NCBI RefSeq assembly: GCF_001194135.2
Contig: NC_069006.1
Coordinates: 21,962,044 to 22,026,043 of the forward strand
Direction of reading: 5' to 3'
DNA length: 64,000 bases
Source of the DNA: Octopus bimaculoides
Taxonomy: Eukaryota
In this document: positions 54,926-64,000 of the stretch, piece after piece
Layout: each line of letters begins with the position of its first letter
Position numbering within the stretch: the first letter of the stretch is position 1
Position numbers and translations under genes: made by a program
Notes under the pieces: generated by a model
What the model was told of the DNA's origin: nothing
What the model saw: only the letters and a program-made list of their open reading frames with translations
Database searches by the model: none

Positions 54926-57900
54926 TTATTATCATTATAAATAATATTATCACTATTATATCGATGAAAACTAGCTCATTGGATTCCCTGTACCATATTC
55001 CAAGTATTAAAATGTGTGTACTCTTTAAATTGATTTAAAACTATTGTCGTTCCAAGGATTTTTTCCTCTTAGCAAAACTTTATAAATTACATGAGATTTT
55101 GAAATCCCCTTGAATGTATACTTAATTATAAATGAACCCCTGTATATTATACATCAAATTACAGATAATTGAATGTATTTTTGGAAAACAAACATAACAT
55201 AAATAGTGCATTTGTTAGTCATATTGCCTATCTTTTGGCAAGTGAATTACAAGCTGAAAAATTTCTTTAGAGCAATTTGCACATTGCATATTATTACCTA
55301 ATTGCAAAATATATCCTCCCTCGGTGCTTTTTATTATAAAATTATCCAATTTGCAACTCTACACAGTTTTGCATAATCAAAAATGTTTTAAGAAAATCCA
55401 ATGAAGAAATAAGAGGATAGTCACAGCACACAAGTTCCAAGGTGGCTGTGTACTTCAACATGACAACTTCCAAAATTTTACATTACACACATCATCACAA
55501 ACAGAAAAGGAGTTAGGAAAATCTCTTTTCTCTAGTAATGAGCATGAGTTTAGATAAGTTTGAGACGTTTTGGCACAGTCATTTTGGTGCCGCCTATCTG
55601 GCCCTACATATTTGCTGATGACTTATTTGACATAAGACATTTTAATATTTCTCTCATTCACTCCATCCTTTTCTCCTCTCTCTCTCTCTCTCTTTCTGTT
55701 TATGCATGTGAGCATGTGGCTATGTTTGTATGTATGTGTAATGTCTCTTTCTTCCTCTCTGTTTTAGTATACATATAGTTCTGTTCATATGCATGTGTGC
55801 ATTTGCCTCAAGGGCCAAAATGTACCATCACCAAAACTGGTTGATTGTCCACTGAGCCATGCCAAACCATAAGCATCCAAACAGCTGCACCCAATGTGCC
55901 ACATGAGATATGGATCATCATTAGGTAGACTGCACTACTAAAAACATTCAAGACAATCTTTTGTTAGGCATGCTATTTAAAAAGTACCATGGGCAACAGT
56001 TTGCCCTATTTGCTAGAAACAACAGCCAAACAATCCTCAAATCATAACTGACAATTAAAAAAAGAAAACAGAAAATCTCATTGAAAGAGTAGTCTCAGCT
56101 AGGTATTTTGAGAGAATCAAAACTAAAACACGATGAGTATGTTTGGAAAGCTTTTGTTAATAGGTTTGCTTGAGAAGGAATGATTTTGGGTTATTAGATT
56201 TAGTTGCTATTTCTAACAGTTCAAGTGAACATAGAGATTTGCATCATTAGCTCAACTAATGTGCATGTTTTGAATACATATATGTACAATGCATCTGTGC
56301 ATACTGCATGTATGCACATGCACACACACACACCATAATGGAACTCCATTACTTTCAATGATGAGGATTCAGTCATTTGATCAAGTGAAATCCCTGCTCG
56401 TTCAATTAGCATGAAAGAAAAAGAAAATAAGTACATATTCCATGAATCTCTTCCAAACTGTAATTATTTTCTATCTATAACAAGCATCTCATTTTGAAAA
56501 ATAATTTAGTTTAATTTATTTACCTCAGATTATGTCATGCTGACAATTTCTGATAAGAATAAAATGGTGCTACACATCAATACCTAAGACCAGAAATTTT
56601 TAAATCTTTGTAATAAGCAAGCAAGGGGGAAAAACCATGTACTCGACATGTCTTCTTCCTTGTTCTTTGACTTAAAATTCAGTTATCTAATCCTGCCAAG
56701 TATTATCAAAAAATGATTATCTCTCTTACACTAACTGGTCTCCAGGATACCCCATGTTTGATTCTACAGATACATGCACTCTTAATGTAATTCTCAGGCA
56801 GAATCAGAATGACACTGTGTGAAATAGCTGCACCTCGGAATTATGGGTATAATCCATCCAACAGACTTTTGCATCGTATCTGTCTACACTATTTCATCCA
56901 CAAGGCTTAGATTGAACCAAAGCAATGGCAGAAGACATATATGATGATGATGTTCATGTATGCTGATATTAATTGATTGAATGAATAGGAAAAATGTATG
57001 CAGAAAAAACTTGCAATTATTCTAATCTATATCATTTCATCTTTATGATATAACATAACAAAGCTTAAAGAAATGTCATATGTTGTTCGACATTTAGTCA
57101 TGGTTCAACAACAAATTCTCACAAGATATCTCAGCTGTTTATCAGATAATGGCCAAAAGGTGTTGACACCAATATTTTTTTCATCCAACAAAAATGCTGA
57201 TTTAGCATGACTCATGATTTTGCTGAGTAGTCAATAGGGCTAGGATTATGAATAATTGTGCTGTTCTTTGAGCCTGACCATAAGAATTCTAAAAACCTAC
57301 ACTTCTTTGTAAGGGACAAATATATTGTTTCTTTTGGTTCTGACCAACTGACATCTTAAAGCACTCTTTGGTTCAGACTATTTTACTGGTTGTAGTTAAA
57401 ACTTCATCTCATTCCACTAAACATACACTTCAAAGACATTCCAGCTAAGGCAGGCACATGTTTTTACGACACAGTCTACCTTGGATTACATTATATAATG
57501 TATCCTTTCCCTTATATATATGTGTGTGTGTGTGTGTGTTTGTGTGTGTGAGTGTGTGTATGTATACAGAGAGAGATAGAGAGATGATAAAGGAATAGAT
57601 AAAGAGATAGATAGATAGATAGATAGATAGACAATAGAGGGAAGGAGCATGGAAAAATAGAAGATTGAGAGAGAAATATAACAGTACAAAGTAAATAGTT
57701 AAAAATGATTGGATGCTTTCATTACCTGGAAAATAGTGATCTTTTGTAAGTGTCTGTGTGGTTGTGTGTGGGTTACATTTTGTGTGAGTGTGCCTGTAGG
57801 TGTATGTGTGGGCATGCATGTGTACTTTTCCTTTCTTATTTCTTTCACCCTTATTTTGAAGACAAGAAAGTGTGTCAACCATTCTCTCTGTGGCTAATTT

Positions 57901-58096
57901 GAAATTGTAACAAATAGCTAAAAAAAATAAATAACTAAATATATAGATAATATAAAAGAGATAAACCATATCAGAAATTAATCTTTATAAATCATATAAC
58001 AAACTCCTTTTTCTTTGAAGAAAATAGGTTTCCCTCTATAAAAGGACAGCAATTTCGATACCATGATAGTAGGAATGGATTTCATAGTTACAGACA

Positions 58097-58160
<64 letters not shown>

Positions 58161-58714
58161 TACATACACACAAACATACTTTTTTACCTTTTGTATACAA
58201 ACCTCTATATACTCCTTAAAATGCACAATATGTATTACAAATATACACAGTAATGCACGAATACATAAAACTATGTACAAATTACTGTACACTAGGTTTT
58301 GCAAATATGTACATTTATGCATGCCTATATAAAGCTTAATACAGACAATATGTTTACAATAGATATCTTACAATACTGTAATTGGCAGAAAACCATCTAA
58401 ACTATACTTTGGATAGCATGAATTAATAATTCCATGTCTTTTTCTTTTTCTTTTTGCAAGTAGCAAGATTGCCAGCAAAACATTGTGGCTTCTCTTCACA
58501 AAAGAGCAAGCATTTGTGTGTGTGTGTATGTGTGCGTGTCTGAATGCACGTGTGTGTGCTTGCATGTGTTTGTGTGCATTTATATATGTTTGTGTGTGAG
58601 TGTATGTGTGTCTCTATCAAAATACATGCCACTATTTTAGGAAGGGATCAAAACATCAGCAAGCTTTCTAACCCCAGATTGGTTTGACTCTGGCAGATGT
58701 GGTACTTCTTTTAT

Positions 58715-58805
58715 TCAAGGCAATGACTGACTGAATATGCATTTTCTTTATTAGGCATTCAATAAAATCGCCATTGGCTTCAACCACAGCCTCCAGACAA
58801 CTTCA
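58715..58805 (-). pseudogene. Tc1/mariner (maT-like) transposase C-terminal remnant
   Basis: SCLEAVVEANGDFIE. Confidence 0.65.
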
Positions 58806-59967
58806 GACTCTTCTGTGGAAAATCTGTCTCAACAAAATCTCTCTGACCTGCGCAAGCATGGAAAAATAATGATGATGATTAAGATGATGATGATGATGAT
58901 AATGATTAAGATGATGATGATGATGAAAGTAACGATGATGGTGATGATGATAATTAAGGTGACGGTGACGATGGATGATGTTTATTAGAATGATGGGGAT
59001 GATGATGATGATGATTAATGTGATGATGATGATGGATAATGATATTTCATATTAGTATTGTATGGATTTCTGGCTCTATCATACATGACTCAACTTTGTG
59101 TAACTCAATTGCATAAACAAGTAGTTTACTGCTTGACTTTTTTGCTATGCTGCTTGTTAACATGTAGCTGTTTATTTATCTAGAAGTGGGTGGATGCTAT
59201 TAATTGTAGGTCTTGTGCTAGCAAGATTTCTCTGTGGTGCCATTATTAAATGTTCATAGATACAGACCAGTTTGTAGGAATTGGGTTTAGAACAGTCATA
59301 AGGTAAGGAGAGAAGAGGAGATGGAGGAAGAAAGGGAGAACAGGCATGTAGACCTACAGACAAGCAGAGGAGTAGAAAAGCAATCATCATCACCACCTCT
59401 GCCATTATTATCATCATCAGTAGCAGCCTCACCAACATCACCATTATTGTCATTACCACCACTATCTCCACTACCACCACCACCATTGTCATGAGCATCC
59501 CCCCACCACCCACTATCATCATTGTCATCACCAACACCACTACCACCTCTACCATTGACATCACCATTACCACCCCATCATCATTGTTGTCACCATTTAC
59601 CTCCATCTACCACTATTACCACTGCTGCCACCACCACCATCACTATCATCATCACAACTTCCACCAACATCATTGTCATCATCATCACCAGCACCATCGC
59701 CACCATTGTTGTCATCATCATTATTATTATTATTCATAGTCTCATCAATGCATCAAGTATTAACCATCCTTACATCCCAAACAATTAGGTACATATTAGG
59801 GAAAACCTACATGAAATGGTTGATGCTTAACAAATACTTGTGTAGAAAGACCTTAACAATATCTACAGGTCCTACTACTACTACTACTACTACCACTATT
59901 GCTACTATTACTACTACTACTACTACTACTACTACTACAACAACTGCTGCTGCAGCTGCTTTCTGGA

Positions 59968-60445
59968 ATGTGCCTCACAGATGTATGTGCAGCTGTGAGA
60001 GGAAATCGTCGAATCATCATCCGTGAGTTATCAGAGGATGGGCAGATTGGTTATGGTTCAGTTCAGTCCATTATCACTGAAGATTTGGGTATGAGACACG
60101 TGTCTGTCAAGTTTGTGCTAAAACTGCTTTCAGCTGACCTTGATTGTGTCAAGAATGAAAACTTTTTGAAAACTTTGTGCAGGCCTCTGAGCAGGTATCA
60201 CCAAGCTTTTGGCAAAATTTGATGTAGAGTCACTGCTCAACTTTCTCTGTCATGGCCAATGCAACAATCAAATACTACACACGTTCCTTCCAAGAAATGC
60301 AGTAAACAGCAGAAGTGAGTTAGAACAATAAAACTTAGTGCGCATGCACAGCAGAGCTCAAGGTCAATCTGTGCCAAGTGGCTTCACTCTGCATGTGCGT
60401 GCTTTAGCTTCATTACTTTGGCAACAGTCCGGATGCTTATTGATA
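59968..60445 (+). mobile_element. Internally deleted mariner element (HTH region plus 3' end)
   Basis: VRGNRRIIIRELSEDGQIGYGSVQSIITEDLGMRHVSVKFVLKLL matches the mariner HTH2/WVP-linker region, then jumps to a non-coding terminus. Confidence 0.8.
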
Positions 60446-61279
60446 GACAGACAGACAGACAGATAGATAGATAATGTGATCAAGCAGGCTATCAGATGTT
60501 GTCACACATCACTGGTCACAATGCACTTTGCTTCGTTTTAACCTTCAAATGATGTCACCCCACTGGCTAAACAAGTAGGCCAACATTCTCCACTAATCAA
60601 AAGGGGGACTGAAGCAATGTGAAATGAAGTGTTTTGTTGAAGAACACAACGTGCTGCCTTGTATGGGGATCAAACCATAATGTAGTAATCATCAAACAAA
60701 TTCACTCACAAGGCATTGGTTAGCCTAGGGCCATAGAAGGCACTTGTCCAAGGTGTTGCACAGTGGGACTGAACGTGAAACCATACAGTTTCTAAAGAGT
60801 AACTTACTTAACAAAAGTGAAGACAAATTATATAAAATAACCAGAGCGAAAATACCATTATTAAAGGTTAAAAAAAAGCAAAAATAAAACAAAGATTTGT
60901 TCAATACAAAATCGAATTTCATCAACATAGATTAACAGTATCATTAGTTAGTTAGCACTAAGTGAAAAAAAAAAAGAAAAGAAAAATGCATAAAAGGAAG
61001 CAAAAAAAAATAACAAGCCCTCACCATTCACATCATTACAACAATCTTAAGCTTATTTTGGTTTGTTTTATATAAAAAGATGTCTTATGTATGGATATTT
61101 TACAAAGGAAACTAAATGCAAATTCTAATGTCTTTATTTCTGACTATAACTAGCAATTACCTTCTAAATACACATACAATTTGCATTATCAAAACTTATT
61201 TTATATGCAGTGAAGTTTCAAAATTGACAATGCTAGCAAATTATAAAGTAAAATGACCTCTAACCTTTGAGAGAGAGGG

Positions 61280-61319
<40 letters not shown>

Positions 61320-61329
61320 NNNNNNNNNN

Positions 61330-61376
<47 letters not shown>

Positions 61377-61919
61377 CTTAAGTAAGTATCCAAAGTAAAT
61401 TATAGGTTCTGCATATTTTTTGGGCCTTATAGTTGATTTTGCTTTTAATTATAATAGCTGGGATAGTTCATTTATGAAATTAGACTTGAATTAAAATAAG
61501 AAGCCATTAAGTAGTTTAAAGTACAAGAAATACATCTAAGTGTTCAATATTCATTTAAAATAATGAAAAGTACATGGCTGTATGGCTAAGAAGATCACTT
61601 TATAATCCCATACTATCAGGTTCAATCTCACTATATGGCACCTTGGGTAAATGTGAACTTATCACAGAGGAACAGTAGAATCATCATAGTTTTAAAGTCC
61701 ACGTTTCCATGCTTGCATGGGTCGAATGATATCAATTGAGTCAAATTTTCTGTGGCTGGATGGCTTTCCTGTCAACCTTTTAACGTTCAGATTATTCTGC
61801 CAAATGTAATGCTTATTTACTCACATCATTTTGAATTAATCATGTATTATCTATTATCTTGTAGCTTCAAGATTTCAGTTGATGTTATTGTTTATTTTCA
61901 GAATGGCATTGTAGAGTAG

Positions 61920-62200
61920 GTAGGCAGATGTTAGGTGTAATGTGGTTGCAGAAATTGTCTGACAGCCATGACTGGGTGCTCCTGCTTGTGTGGAATGATG
62001 CAGAATCCTATTGCCAGACATAGGATCTTCCAGCAGCTACCCTCTGCACCCAGGGCAGCACTACCTCCTCCAGGTACTTGATGTAGGCCTCCATGTTGAG
62101 GGCATGTGGGAAGATGAATGGCCGCATAATGTCACCATCACTAGTGATTACTCCAAACACCATGATGTTGACTGAATTTTTGATTTTTATCACTCTTGGT
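61920..62200 (-). pseudogene. Tc1/mariner (maT/DD37D-like) transposase catalytic remnant
   Basis: IMVFGVITSDGDIMRPFIFPHALNMEAYIKYLEEVVLPWVQRVAAGRSYVWQ*DSASFHTSRSTQSWLSDNF. Truncated before the last catalytic Asp, so DD spacing cannot be counted. Confidence 0.85.
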
Positions 62201-62644
62201 ACATGTCCTCAGATTCACAGCCAAACTCTCTGAAATGTTCGTATTGGAGCTTCCAGTGTGAATGCCAAGCAGTACAGCATGTCATTTCCGAATTTCTGGC
62301 AGAGCAAATTGTGTCACTGTGCNNNNNNNNNNNNNNNNNNNNNNNNNNNNNNNNNNNNNNNNNNNNNNNNNNNNNNNNNNNNNNNNNNNNNNNNNNNNNN
62401 NNNNNNNNNNNNNNNNNNNNNNNNNNNNNNNNNNNNNNNNNNNNNNNNNNNNNNNNNNNNNNNNNNNNNNNNNNNNNNNNNNNNNNNNNNNNNNNNNNNN
62501 NNNNNGAAACCAAAGGTCGCTATATGACTGGTTATAACACTTAGCTTCCTAAAACAAAATATTAATGCTCTAATGCTTTAGAGTCTGCTTCATTTTTGGG
62601 GATATGAACTACTGACAATATAAATAGGGTAAAAGAGTAAAGAC

Positions 62645-62965
62645 TCCCTTTGGTCATGAATGACTATGAGATTGCACCTAGGAAGTTCTCCTCTGAGGCA
62701 CAAGCCCAGGCAAGGTTGTTTATGGAAGACCAGCAATCAGCCATGCATACCACCCTGCCCTCTCCATTCCACCAATGTTATACAAGGGAAAGGCAAAGGC
62801 TGATACAGCTTGGCACCATTGACGTCACAACTCATTTCTACAGCTGAGTGAACTGGAGCAACGTGAAATAGAGTGTCTTGTTCAAAAACACAATACAGAA
62901 TCCAGTCTGGGAATCAAACTCGCTACCTCATGATTGTGAGCCAGATTCTCTCACCACCGAGCCAA
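62645..62965 (-). mobile_element. SINE family E, copy 2
   Basis: Collinear with 53571-53895. Confidence 0.85.
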
Positions 62966-62984
62966 AGGCATAAAAATGCATGAG

Positions 62985-63145
62985 CATATAGATGCACCCG
63001 TACTACAGCAGCACATATTCAGAAAAAAGGTTTTAGAGTATTAAAGCATGTAATATCGGCCTAACTTTGCATACAGGACCTGAGGTAATTTTTTTGAGAT
63101 ATTTTTTATTTTGAGGAAAAGTGCATCCTATATGCCATCAAATAT
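62985..63145. repeat. Dispersed repeat (possibly a pogo/Tigger-type MITE)
   Basis: GCATATAGATGCACCCG...GCAGCACATATTCAG...TATTAAAGCATG matches the reverse complement of ~27105-27180. Confidence 0.5.
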
Positions 63146-64000
63146 GTTAATAATCAAAAATAAAATGAGAAACTAAGGAATATCATTCCTTCTGACTTCA
63201 CACGAGAATAAGGAGGATTATAAACTTGAATCTAGCTGTAAAAAGGAAAAAAAAAAAAAAAAAAAAAAANNNNNNNNNNNNNNNNNNNNNNNNNNNNNNN
63301 NNNNNNNNNNNNNNNNNNNNNNNNNNNNAAAAAAAAAAAAAAAAAGAAGGAAATCAAGCAAAATTTTTTTTGCTGTTTATTTTTTTTGCTGTTTATTTTT
63401 TTTGTTTTCAAAAAATTGTGTGAAGTTGAAAAGATAGAAAAGAGAAACTCAAGGTTTATTGAATTTCTTCTCTTTCATAAAACAAATCTTATACTTCTTG
63501 TGTCTCCTAGTTTGTAATTACACCGAAACCATCATCCCCACCACTACCACCACAATCAGCATTACCATCAACATCAGACACACATATCATGAAGCACCAC
63601 CACCCTCTTCACTGCCATCATCATCATCTCTGTGACCCTCATCACCTGACATACAATTCACCACCAGTACTACTGACAACACCACACCATCAACCACCAT
63701 GATGATCACCTGACATACCATCACCACCAGTACCACCATTGCTCACTACCCCATCTCTCACAACCACCCCTGCCAACATCACTGCCAACATCACTTCCAC
63801 CACCACACCACCACCAGAATCAGCTACACCATCACCAACTCAGTGAATCACTACTGCTATGAGTACCAGCAGTTTCATACCTCTACCTCTACCACCACCA
63901 CCACCACCACCACTACTACTACTACCACCACCACCCCACCACAATTACCAATATTCATCATCTCCATAACCACCATGACCAGACATACCACTGTCAAACA

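Noticed and set aside
1-64000. Many RYAAAYA forkhead sites suggesting autoregulation
   Set aside because: Expected at high frequency in such AT-rich DNA; no clustering I can demonstrate.

Overview
AT-rich animal genomic DNA, dense in microsatellites and SINEs, with nine N-gaps. The repeat families and composition suggest a coleoid cephalopod, probably Octopus (inference). The only host gene I can support is a FoxJ2/3 forkhead transcription factor on the minus strand. It is visible as three small internal exons (53964-54044, 27245-27352, 9718-9811), none of which appears in the ORF track. They splice in frame to GSYWAIDNNPSDDPVPSRQKRRRLNER|ASPYSPEPTMNSHQMNSPTLNAINMHPATTQGNQVA|[31 protein letters not shown]. 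The earlier forkhead exons and the C-terminal exons were not found. The rest appears to be intron filled with tRNA-headed SINEs, MITEs, decayed Tc1/mariner, R4/Dong-type LINE and Helitron remnants, and simple repeats. Almost all ORFs in the track are repeat artefacts. The most striking unexplained element is a nearly complete type I hammerhead ribozyme fold at 54126-54215, antisense to the gene and about 80-170 nt from the forkhead exon acceptor. Others are a ~320 nt fold-back at 251-569, a 22-bp hairpin at 844-900, and tandem 5' splice donors on the middle exon. Repeat boundaries are approximate and family assignments come from recalled motifs, not database searches.
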